From the NCBI GenBank assembly GCA_964408285.1, contig CAYOYV010000001.1:160001-224000 (forward strand): a DNA stretch of 64,000 nt, given 5' to 3'. Below are positions 39,830 to 48,783 of the stretch, one piece after another; position 1 is the stretch's first letter; each line of letters begins with the position of its first letter. The notes under the pieces are model-generated. The model did not search any database. It was not told the origin of the DNA and saw only the letters and a program-made list of their open reading frames with translations. A program made the translations under genes and the position numbers. This stretch comes from an uncultured Nitrososphaerota archaeon. Its GTDB lineage: Archaea; Thermoproteota; EX4484-205; JAAOZO01.

Positions 39830-40468
39830 ATGCCCAATCAGAAGAGACGTTGGCTTGAGGAAAGAAAAAGGGATTACTACCACAAGAAAGCGCTCGAGAT
39901 GGGCTATCGCAGCAGAGCAATATTCAAGCTAGCCCAGATAGATCAGAAGTTCGCGATTCTTAGGATCGGAGATTACGTGCTGGACCTAGGTTGCAGTCCA
40001 GGCGGCTGGTCACAATATGCCATCGAGAAAGTTGGAGCAAGCGGCGTGGTTTTCGGAGTAGACATAGAACCAATTATGCCCCTGCGGTCCAAGAATTTCA
40101 GATTTGTCAGATTGGACCTGATGGAAGAGGGATCAGTTCAGAAACTGAAGCAGGAGATCGGAACCCGAGTCGACTTGGTGATCTCCGACCTTGCTCCTGA
40201 TATGAGTGGCACCTATGGTGTCGACTCGTCAAGGCAATCGGCTCTCGCTCAGAGAGCTCTGGACGTCGGCATTGGTATGTTGAGATCCGGAGGAAATCTC
40301 GTCGTCAAGGTATTTGAGGGAAGCGAATCCGGTTCAATCGAGAGGAAGGCAAAAGAACTCTTCAATAAAGTCACAAGGATGAGACCACTAGCCTCAAGGA
40401 AACATAGTTCGGAATTCTATCTCATCTGTCTGGATTTCCGTCCTCGACGGGCCCTTGCTTGCCGATAA
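39830..40468 (+). CDS. rlmE: 23S rRNA 2'-O-methyltransferase RlmE/FtsJ
   Basis: GYRSRAIFKL, LDLGCSPGGWSQ, SDLAP, VKVFEG, ASRKHSSEFY. Confidence 0.95.
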   Translation: MPNQKRRWLEERKRDYYHKKALEMGYRSRAIFKLAQIDQKFAILRIGDYVLDLGCSPGGWSQYAIEKVGASGVVFGVDIEPIMPLRSKNFRFVRLDLMEEGSVQKLKQEIGTRVDLVISDLAPDMSGTYGVDSSRQSALAQRALDVGIGMLRSGGNLVVKVFEGSESGSIERKAKELFNKVTRMRPLASRKHSSEFYLICLDFRPRRALACR

Positions 40469-41618
40469 GTCTACAGAACTCTTCAGGCTGTGCATCCAGC
40501 TTTATGGATTCGCTAGACAAATGAGTGAGACTCGCTCGTAGTCCTAGTCTTCTGGCAGTTTCAACCAAAATCCTAGGAGACGGCACATTTGCATCGAATG
40601 ATCGAGCGAAGAATGAAACGGGGCAATACCCAATGATGTCCGAGGCCTCTTCGCGAAGAGCAGCCAGAAGATTGTCGGATTCTATCGAGATCCCGCTGCC
40701 GTAGTCTTGCAGCGCTTGGAGGAAATCCCTGTCTACGTATTCCCCGATCCAGAGGGGCCCATAGACCTTGGCATCTTCATGATCGAATGATCTCACAGAT
40801 TGAGCAAGATCCGCTATTCCCGCCGTTTTCCATTCAAGAGCTGATCTTGAGAAGAGTAGATATCCCAGGGCCTTCAGAGCCCTGTGAGCTCTGGATCTGT
40901 CCCTAAGTACCGTGAAATAGCCTCTGAGATAGTGCTTCTCGCAATACACAAGCAAGGGCAAGATCCCGATCTGATGTCTAGCGGCAGTCATAGCAGAGGA
41001 GCCGATGAGCATTCTTATTCCCATCTCCTTCATGAAAGGGACTCTCTCCACGTAGCTCCCGTATCTCAGCAAAGCCTTCGATGGGCATGCCCCAAACAGA
41101 ACGGCCGTGTCTGTCGCGGTCATACCAATCACACCGTTATGGTGGATCGATAGCAAAGCCTGCTCCAAGAGATGAGCGGGGGATCCAAAAGGATCCAGAT
41201 CAAGATAGTCGAACCTATGACCCTTGGAACTGTGGGCTATGAGGAATGCCCTTGCGTCGAGTTGCGTTGACTGTGCCTTGTGCGAAAGCATGTTCAGTTC
41301 CAAATTCCTACGTGCCAACTCGCAAGCTTGCTCGCTGACGTCGTTCAGGTAAGCCCGCTCTATGCCATCGGTTTCCAAGAGGGCCCTGATAGATCTTACG
41401 CCCAATCCTCCCATGGCCTCACCCATGACGATTCTTCTATCGTTGATTCTGGCCAGCGTTCTTAGGACGGATATCATGATGTCTCTGTTTGTCTTCATCA
41501 GAGGGTTATAGAACACCTGCGCTTTAGATGGCACGTACTCTCTATCGCTTGTCCTATACTCCTCAAGAGGGCAGGCGAGGAATTTGGCCCTTCCTTCATT
41601 CAGGATCTGATACGACAT
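40422..41618 (-). CDS. trm1: tRNA (G26) N2,N2-dimethyltransferase Trm1
   Basis: VFYNPLMKTNRD, GVRSIR, DLDPFGSP, TATD, GPLWIG. Confidence 0.93.
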   Translation of the reverse strand: MSYQILNEGRAKFLACPLEEYRTSDREYVPSKAQVFYNPLMKTNRDIMISVLRTLARINDRRIVMGEAMGGLGVRSIRALLETDGIERAYLNDVSEQACELARRNLELNMLSHKAQSTQLDARAFLIAHSSKGHRFDYLDLDPFGSPAHLLEQALLSIHHNGVIGMTATDTAVLFGACPSKALLRYGSYVERVPFMKEMGIRMLIGSSAMTAARHQIGILPLLVYCEKHYLRGYFTVLRDRSRAHRALKALGYLLFSRSALEWKTAGIADLAQSVRSFDHEDAKVYGPLWIGEYVDRDFLQALQDYGSGISIESDNLLAALREEASDIIGYCPVSFFARSFDANVPSPRILVETARRLGLRASLTHLSSESIKLDAQPEEFCRLIGKQGPVEDGNPDR

Positions 41619-41654
41619 TGGACTGTCTGATCTCCAGAGAAACTTATTTACCTA

Positions 41655-43049
41655 GTGCTCGCCGGAGCCAAATTCATGTATGATGTTGTGATAGTGGGGG
41701 CGGGACCAGCAGGTGCCACAGCTGCACGATATGCTGCGAAATCCGGCCTTAAGGTCGCGCTTCTGGACAAAGAACCATCGGGCAGGATTGGTGACAAGGT
41801 TTGCGGTAATGCACTAGGAACTGGGGTGTTTGCCCAATTGGGCCTGAATCCGCCCAAGTCGGCCCATTACGGTGTGGTAAATGGCATTGAGATAATCTCT
41901 CCGGACAGACAGGTCACCTACAGACTGGAGGAAGAAGGCACTAGCGGAATAATGCTCGACAGGCTAGGATTCGGGCAGTATCTCCTGCAACTCTCCATCG
42001 ACGGAGGTGCAGAATTGCATGATGATTTCGCGGTCACTTCCGGAATAGTGGAGAATGGGGCAGTCGCTGGCGTGAAAGGAAAAACAATGTCAGACGGAAG
42101 GACTTCGGAATTTCGAGCAAAGGTGACGATCGATGCATCGGGCGCGGGGGCGATTCTCAGGAGAGGGCTGGGAGGCCTAGTGGACAATGAGCTGGCAGAT
42201 GACGAGACTATGGTGTGCTACAGGCGGATTGTCAAGAGCGACGCTCAATATCCAATGTTTTCTCGGATATATCTGAACCAGGTCCTTTGTCCAGGCGGAT
42301 ACTTCTGGCTCTTCCCAATGGGAGAGGGTCTCATCAACATGGGAGTGGGTGTGGCAAGGAACACTTTGGACCCGAGAGAGGCCTATCAAAGCTTTGCACG
42401 AACAATCCCGGGAATAGAGGACTCGAAGGTAATTCATGAAGGCGGTGCAATAGTGCCAACTAGAAGGCCGATGATTCCGTCTGTCTGGAATGCTATTCTC
42501 TTCATAGGCGATGCGGGATTTACGGTGGATCCGATAACTGGAGGGGGCATCGGTGCTTCAATGATATCGGGCAAGATAGCTGCCGAAGCAGTAGTGGCGT
42601 CATCGGAGGCAGACGGAAGCTCGATAGAATCTCTCTGGGATTTCTGCGTCAGATACAACGAGATTCAGGGAAGGACCTATGCAATCGAAGACATTGTCAG
42701 GATATTCCTCCAAGGTCTTCACAATGAGGAAGCTGATTTTGGCATGAAGCATAGGCTCATAACAGAAGATGACATAAAGGCCTTAATGAGTGGAAGACGG
42801 TTCGTGATAACCGTCCTTGATGAAGCCGCCAGAGTCGCACAGGGCATCGCGAAAGCAGAATTGCTCGTAAGATTGGCCAAGCTATCGATCATCCTTGACA
42901 AGGTGTCGAAGCATTATCTCAGCTTCCCCTCCTCTCCGAACCAGCTCTACGAATGGAAGCTCAAAGACAAGGAATTGCATGAGAGTGCACACGCGGAACT
43001 TGGATTGGACACTCTCAGGAAGGCCATGAAGCCATCGAAGGATAGCTGA
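41655..43049 (+). CDS. Geranylgeranyl reductase family flavoprotein
   Basis: DVVIVGAGPAG, KVCG, PGGYFWLFP, GDAG...PITGGGI. Confidence 0.92.
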   Translation: MLAGAKFMYDVVIVGAGPAGATAARYAAKSGLKVALLDKEPSGRIGDKVCGNALGTGVFAQLGLNPPKSAHYGVVNGIEIISPDRQVTYRLEEEGTSGIMLDRLGFGQYLLQLSIDGGAELHDDFAVTSGIVENGAVAGVKGKTMSDGRTSEFRAKVTIDASGAGAILRRGLGGLVDNELADDETMVCYRRIVKSDAQYPMFSRIYLNQVLCPGGYFWLFPMGEGLINMGVGVARNTLDPREAYQSFARTIPGIEDSKVIHEGGAIVPTRRPMIPSVWNAILFIGDAGFTVDPITGGGIGASMISGKIAAEAVVASSEADGSSIESLWDFCVRYNEIQGRTYAIEDIVRIFLQGLHNEEADFGMKHRLITEDDIKALMSGRRFVITVLDEAARVAQGIAKAELLVRLAKLSIILDKVSKHYLSFPSSPNQLYEWKLKDKELHESAHAELGLDTLRKAMKPSKDS

Positions 43050-44720
43050 AATCTGCAGATGCAGGTCGGATTTCCAAGCCGGATTTCCTGGCAAAGGCAG
43101 CTGAGATAAATGCGTAGAATGCGGGATTCGGAGCACCGGGCCAACTCTTGAATTCGGGATGATATTGCGCGGCAAAATAGAAGGGGTGTGTCCTAAGCTC
43201 CAGGATCTCAATCCTTCCATCATCGGAAAAGCCTGATGCGACATAATGGGATTTCTCAAGCATCGGAACATAAGTCCTATTCAATTCATACCTATGCCTG
43301 TGCCTTTCATAGATTTCAAGGCCCCTGTATATCCTATGTGCAAGAGTACCTTGTTTGATGGTTATCCTTGAGGAGCCCAACCTTTGGGTTCCGCCCATTT
43401 CAAGATTCTGATTCTGCTCTGTGGAAAGCCTGACGATCGGAACAGAGGTATGCGGGTCGATCTCTGTCGTATTCGCATCATCTAATCGAAGAACATCCCT
43501 CGCGAATTCGACCGCGGACAATTGAAATCCGAAACATATGCCAAGGAATGGGATTCCATTTTCCCGAGCTCGTTTCATAGCAATCATTTTGCCCACGGAT
43601 CCCCTGATTCCATACCCGCCTGGTACCAGCACGCCATGGCAGCCATCAAGCATCAAATCGGGATCTTTGGCTAATTCGAGTTCCTCCGATTCGACGAATT
43701 TGACCAACACCCTGACGCTCATTTTGCCGCCAGCATGCTTCAGAGCGTCCACAACGCTGATGTAGCTATCCTCGAGAGCCACATATTTCCCCACCAACGC
43801 AATCCTCACTTCATCTCTTGGATTGACTATGCCATCGATTGCCTCTTTCCAGGGTGTCCAGTTGGACTCGCCGCAGGGCAATGCGAGCTTTGCGCACAGG
43901 AGTGTGCCCAGACCTTGGGTCTCCAGATGCTTTGGCAGTTCGTATACGCATGAGAGATCAGTTGCGCAAAAAGCTGAGTCTCTTTGTATGGATGAGAAAA
44001 GAGCAACTTTGGACATCACTTCGTCATTCGGAAGGCCCTTTGATCTTACAAAGACCAAGTCCGGTTGGAGACCTATTCTCCTGAGCTCTTGGACGCTGTG
44101 CTGCAATGGCTTCGTCTTGTATTCCTTCGTGACCTCAAGAAAAGGGACGAGAGCAACATGGGCGATGAGAGTGTTTGAGCGCCCCTCTTCAAGTCGCATC
44201 TGTCTGATCGCCTCGAAGAATGGCATGCCTTCTATGTCACCTACTGTCCCGCCGATCTCGATAACTGACACATCGGTCTTTGAGGCCTGCCTTATCCTGC
44301 TTATGATCTCATCCGTAACGTGCGGTATGATTTGTACGCACTTCCCTAGATACTCTCCTCTTCTTTCCCTTCGGATTACCTCGAGATATACTTGCCCGGT
44401 TGTGATGTTGCTGCTTCTGCTCAAGGTCGTGAGCAAGAACCTTTCGTATCTTCCTATATCGAGGTCTGTTTCTCCTCCGTCTTCAGTTACAAAGACCTCT
44501 CCATGAACAAATGGATTCATGAGCCCACTGTCATAATTCAAGTATGGATCGATCTTCACGGCCGTTACGCGAAAGCCTCTAACCTGGAGAACCTTGCCTA
44601 TGGAGGCGGCGATCGATCCCTTCCCAAATGCTCCCCGGGCTAGGCCGAGTCTGAGCTAAGAACGCCACCAGTCACGAAAACATACTTAGTCCTCTTGGAC
44701 TTCTCCTGTCCCCCTTCCAT
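43015..44720 (-). CDS. pyrG: CTP synthase in two exons (44720-44651 and 44627-43015); 560 aa when spliced
   Basis: Exon 1 reads MEGGQEKSKRTKYVFVTGGVLSS; exon 2 continues (V)GKGSIAASIG...KIDPYLN...GEVFVTEDGGETDLD, GICFG, RHRHRYE, QYHPEF. Confidence 0.95.
44628..44650 (-). other. 23-nt bulge-helix-bulge (tRNA-type) intron in pyrG pre-mRNA
   Basis: UUCUUA-GCUC-AG|A-CUCGG-CCUAGC-CCGGG-GAGC-AU|U-UGGGAA: 4-bp central helix, two 3-nt bulges and flanking stems; removal restores the frame and GGVLSSVGKG. Confidence 0.88.
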
Positions 44721-44778
44721 AGGTCATGCGTGCCATGCAAAGGCTAATAAATGCTTGAACCTACCAGCGCGATTTGAG

Positions 44779-44943
44779 ATGTCAACGAAATCTGTAGAGA
44801 AGATTGCTGCAGGCGAGAATCTACTAGGGAAAATCTATGAGGAAGCTACAATCATAGAGAACATCATTCTCTCTCAGTCAGTTGGCACTGATCACACGGC
44901 ACTTGTGATGGACAAGAGCAAGCCTGCACCTAGATTGGGCTAA
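44779..44943 (+). CDS. 54-aa hypothetical protein
   Basis: ATG 44779 downstream of a TAATAAAT TATA-like element; MSTKSVEKIAAGENLLGKIYEE...; precedes the GlmU-like gene. Confidence 0.4.
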   Translation: MSTKSVEKIAAGENLLGKIYEEATIIENIILSQSVGTDHTALVMDKSKPAPRLG

Positions 44944-44965
44944 CGAGAGCGGAGTATGAAACACG

Positions 44966-46255
44966 ATGAGATTGATAATTTTCGAGGATGATGCTACCCA
45001 TAACTTTGAGCCTTTGACGCTCACAAGGGGTTCATTCGATCTCAGGCTAGGCATTCTATCGTTCTGGGAGCGCACGAAAATTCTCACAAAGGCGCACACA
45101 GTCGATTTCCTTGCAAGGGACTACATTGCAAGCCATGTCTCACGCGAGAGGAAGGTGAAAGGCAATGAACCTGACGCAATAGACGACGAGGCTCTGTTTG
45201 TCAACGCATTGCTCGTACTTGATGCGGATCTGCAGAAAAAAGCTAAGACGATGAAGGCTGGGACGGCCCTCTTCAAGAAGGGAAGGCTCGCAATGGCCAA
45301 GTTCGGTGAGGCTCCGGCAAAGGAAGCAGCCAGGTTGCTCATGGGGGCACCCGGTCTTCAGTCCGTGGGATCCATCGAGTCAATGGCAATCGAGAGGCAG
45401 GAATGCGAGGGTGGTTTGCTGATTTCGAACTATTGGGAAATAGTGGAGAAGAATGCAGCCCAGATAGCCAGCGATTTCGATCTCATGCCCAAGAAGAACT
45501 CACAAGCAATCTCAGCCAAGACCCGGTTCGTGGGAAAGAAGCGAAACCTGTTCATAGCCAAAAGCTCGAGGGTGGATCCCTATCTCTACGTTGACGCAGA
45601 AACCGGGCCTGTATACATAGGCGAAGACTGCCAAATCAACGCTTGGTGCTTCATTCAGGGCCCAAGCTACATAGGCGCTGGGACCATAATACATCCCTCT
45701 TCTGTCATAAGGGAAGGTTCGAACATAGGACCTGTCTGCAGGGTAGGAGGGGAGGTAGAGGAGAGTGTGATGCAGGCCCATTCAAACAAACCACATGCCG
45801 GGTTTCTGGGCCACGCTTACGTCGGAGAGTGGGCAAATCTTGGGGCGATGTTCACAAACTCCGATCTGAAGAATACATACGGTTCGATCAAGGTGACAGT
45901 GCGAGGACGCAAATTAGACTCAGGGACGATTAAACTTGGAGGAATGATTGGGGATCATGCCAAGGGATCGATAGGATCCTTGTTGTACACCGGCAAGAAA
46001 GTGGGCGTCTGTTCTCAGATACACGGCGTCGTACAGGAGGATGTTCCGTCGTTCGTGCTCTATGCGAAAACCCTCGGAATTCCAGTTTGGGAACTAGGAC
46101 CGGATGAGTCGATCCAAGTTGCACGAAGGGTGATGTCAAGACGAAAGGTCGAGATGACAAAGGCTGACGAGGACCTGCTGAGGAAGGTATTCGAAGTCAC
46201 CAAGTCAGAGCGCGAAGCCATGAAACCGCAGAGAGGACCATTCTCCTTTGCATAG
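44966..46255 (+). CDS. GlmU-related sugar nucleotidyltransferase/acetyltransferase-like protein
   Basis: NFEPLTLTRGSFDLRLGI N-terminus, hexapeptide repeats, GGEVEES...SNKPHAGFLGHAYVGEWANLGA..TNSDLKN. Confidence 0.85.
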   Translation: MRLIIFEDDATHNFEPLTLTRGSFDLRLGILSFWERTKILTKAHTVDFLARDYIASHVSRERKVKGNEPDAIDDEALFVNALLVLDADLQKKAKTMKAGTALFKKGRLAMAKFGEAPAKEAARLLMGAPGLQSVGSIESMAIERQECEGGLLISNYWEIVEKNAAQIASDFDLMPKKNSQAISAKTRFVGKKRNLFIAKSSRVDPYLYVDAETGPVYIGEDCQINAWCFIQGPSYIGAGTIIHPSSVIREGSNIGPVCRVGGEVEESVMQAHSNKPHAGFLGHAYVGEWANLGAMFTNSDLKNTYGSIKVTVRGRKLDSGTIKLGGMIGDHAKGSIGSLLYTGKKVGVCSQIHGVVQEDVPSFVLYAKTLGIPVWELGPDESIQVARRVMSRRKVEMTKADEDLLRKVFEVTKSEREAMKPQRGPFSFA

Positions 46256-46317
46256 GGACTGCCCGATAACAGCTTCGACCCATCCTTTAATATAGCGATG
46301 ATCGCCCAGAGTTTCAG

Positions 46318-46776
46318 ATGTTCTCCTGGGAAGAGGAGCTTGACGATGTTCTCAGCGCGCTCAAGAAGACCAAAGGAAGGATAACGAATGTGAAGGAACT
46401 GGTTTTGACGGGAAAGATATCCAAGCAGACTCACGATTCCCTGATGCCTCAATTCCAGCGGGATGTGGTGGAGGTGGAGAAGAGAAAGAAGGACCTCCTC
46501 GGACGACTAACGAACCTCAACAGCGAACTCACAGAACAATACAGGGTCCTCCTCAGATTGAATTCAGACCTTGAGATGAAACTGGCTTATTCACTGGTGT
46601 CAGAGGATCATTACGTCAAGATGGCAACTGCCCTCAAGTATGGGTTGGAGGAAACAGTCAGAGAATTGGAGGGAGTCTCGATGGCGATTAAGCAGCTCTC
46701 AGAGGAAGCTGGTGGACCGACCCCTCATGTATTGGACAGAGCGATTCGGAGACTCGACGAGACTGGTCAGACCTGA
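46318..46776 (+). CDS. CdvA-like coiled-coil protein (no PRC barrel)
   Basis: MFSWEE...LTGKISKQTH...LEMKLAYSLVSEDHY...GLE pattern resembles the CdvA coiled-coil domain. Confidence 0.6.
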   Translation: MFSWEEELDDVLSALKKTKGRITNVKELVLTGKISKQTHDSLMPQFQRDVVEVEKRKKDLLGRLTNLNSELTEQYRVLLRLNSDLEMKLAYSLVSEDHYVKMATALKYGLEETVRELEGVSMAIKQLSEEAGGPTPHVLDRAIRRLDETGQT

Positions 46777-48101
46777 CCCAGGAGCCTCTCAATCAGATCC
46801 AAGTAAAACTCCGCCATCCTCTTGAGACTGTCAATGTCGATGTACTCATCTGGGGCATGCGTCCTTTGGTCGATATCTCTCATGTCAACAGACGGCGAAT
46901 AGACCTCGACTCCCACTGCCTGGGCTCCAAGAGCTCTAACATATCTGCTATCAGTTCCAGCCGGCAACATGTATCTGAAGGTGCCATCGGCCCCTGCGTG
47001 AGCTTTCAGGGCCTCAGTCAGTGCGAACTCGAATGTCGGATCTATCGTTGACGTACTTGAAGGAGAAAATGCTATTTCCTCAACCCTGCAGGAAGTGCCC
47101 GCATTCTCGAGCAGCCATTGCTTGATCTCTTCCTTGTCCACGCCAGGCAATACCCTGCAATCGATCGTAATCTCGGCGCTTGGCGGGGCGACATTGGGTC
47201 GGATCCCGGAGGACATCATGGTCGGGGTTGCAGTAACGGCTGCTTGTGCCCGAATTCTAGACCAACTGAACTCATCCACGGTCCTCAGTCTCTCCATGAG
47301 TTCTTCATAGTTCGAACCATCCTCGTTCAAGTTGCCAATCGCGTAGGCCTTAGCAGCAGCTCTAAGATGATCCAGCGCTGCCTCGTTGGAATGCCTGAGT
47401 TCCATAGCATGTGTAATCCTCTGTATTGCTGTTGCGGCCTTCACAACAGGATTATCCAGAATGTATGGAACGGACGCATGACCTCCAGTGCCTTGAAACA
47501 GTAATTTGGTCCAGTAGATCCCCTTCTCGCCTGTCTCATAGCCGATGTATCTTCCGCCCTTCCCGCTAACAACGAGGCCTCCGCCCTCTGTGACTGAATA
47601 ATCCGCTTTGACAAGCTGAGGGACATTCTGAACTAGGTAGCCTATCCCCTTTGCCCCACCGTTTTCCTCATCTGCGGTCTCGGCTAAAATCAGAGTACCA
47701 TCTATTCTCCGATTCTCTCTGGCGATCTTGAGGAAGGCAAAGACTTGAGCTGCAACCATGTTCTTCATGTCCGCGGCTCCCCTTCCGTAGATCCTTCCTT
47801 CCTGCTCGATTGCTCCGAACGGAGGCCTCGTCCAATTCTCCCTTGACCCGGGCGGCACAACGTCCAGATGCCCGAGGAAGAGCAAAGACCTGCCACCGCC
47901 CTTTCCAATCCTTGCCACTATATTGCCTCTTCCGAGCTGACTTTCTATCAGATCGGACCCAATGGAGTCTTTGCTGAGCAATTCCGCGATATATCTTGCC
48001 GCTGGGGTTTCATTCCCAGGAGGATTTGAAGTATCTATGGAGATAAGATGTTTGAATATGCCCTTCAGCTCGCCCAGTTCCTCGGAAGATAATGGATTCA
48101 C
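46767..48101 (-). CDS. M20-family metallopeptidase/deacylase
   Basis: TSNPPGNE, GHLDVVP, YGRGAADMK, ADEENGG, HAPDEYI. Confidence 0.93.
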   Translation of the reverse strand: MNPLSSEELGELKGIFKHLISIDTSNPPGNETPAARYIAELLSKDSIGSDLIESQLGRGNIVARIGKGGGRSLLFLGHLDVVPPGSRENWTRPPFGAIEQEGRIYGRGAADMKNMVAAQVFAFLKIARENRRIDGTLILAETADEENGGAKGIGYLVQNVPQLVKADYSVTEGGGLVVSGKGGRYIGYETGEKGIYWTKLLFQGTGGHASVPYILDNPVVKAATAIQRITHAMELRHSNEAALDHLRAAAKAYAIGNLNEDGSNYEELMERLRTVDEFSWSRIRAQAAVTATPTMMSSGIRPNVAPPSAEITIDCRVLPGVDKEEIKQWLLENAGTSCRVEEIAFSPSSTSTIDPTFEFALTEALKAHAGADGTFRYMLPAGTDSRYVRALGAQAVGVEVYSPSVDMRDIDQRTHAPDEYIDIDSLKRMAEFYLDLIERLLGQV

Positions 48102-48421
48102 TTCTGATTCACTGGAATCAGATCAATCTTGCTCTTCGAGATGACCATCTCGAGAAGATCATTTATCTGGGGTCTGCCCAATGTTTCATACTCAGACATC
48201 GTGAGTGAGATAACCATTTTTGTGTTCATGTACCTAGGGAAAATCCCCGCTTGCTGTAGCCCTGTCATTACTCCGACCGTGACATCGGAGACATATTCCG
48301 TATCAGTGACCGAAGAGGGTTTCTGTACAACTGCTGGCTCCAATGAGGCTATATCCATCCTGACTCCCTGTGCGCCCGTGATCTCAATCGACGTTATTGC
48401 CGTAACCTTAACCAATGTCAA
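48098..48421 (-). CDS. Arcadin-1-like protein
   Basis: Beta-rich N-terminus, central helix and C-terminal ISLTMSEYETLG..INDLLEMVI resembling arcadin-1. Confidence 0.55.
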   Translation of the reverse strand: MTLVKVTAITSIEITGAQGVRMDIASLEPAVVQKPSSVTDTEYVSDVTVGVMTGLQQAGIFPRYMNTKMVISLTMSEYETLGRPQINDLLEMVISKSKIDLIPVNQK

Positions 48422-48477
48422 GGCTATGATTAATCGTGAATACCCTTATTAATACTTATTGCCTTTTTTCGAAGCTG

Positions 48478-48783
48478 ATGCAACTCAAATCGCTTCTGAG
48501 TTCATTCGTCTCCCAGAATCGGCTCATTACAGCAATCAAATTGATTACTGGGGCGCTCCTGGATTCTGCAGTCAAGAGGTCCACCGAGCATATTCTTCCC
48601 TCTGGCCGAACACTCCTTCTGATTTTCTTTGTTGGAATATGTACTCTGCCTGAGAGCATTTCCCTCAAACTCAAGCGAATTCTCGGAGACATATTTGGCA
48701 AAGCACTTGAGACCGTTATTCCTGTTTCGCTATACAGGCTGGGTGAGGAAGAAGGAGTCACTATTGGGTTCGTAGTCTCGTGA
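48478..48783 (+). CDS. Hypothetical protein
   Basis: ORF fills the gap and its stop overlaps the next GTG start (GTGA); a competing minus-strand ORF exists. Confidence 0.35.
   Translation: MQLKSLLSSFVSQNRLITAIKLITGALLDSAVKRSTEHILPSGRTLLLIFFVGICTLPESISLKLKRILGDIFGKALETVIPVSLYRLGEEEGVTIGFVVS

Noticed and set aside
44560-44720. pyrG as a simple frameshifted pseudogene, sequencing error or programmed frameshift
   Set aside because: The disruption is a 23-nt insert with exact BHB geometry whose rule-based excision restores the consensus motif. There is no slippery run and the rest of the gene is intact.
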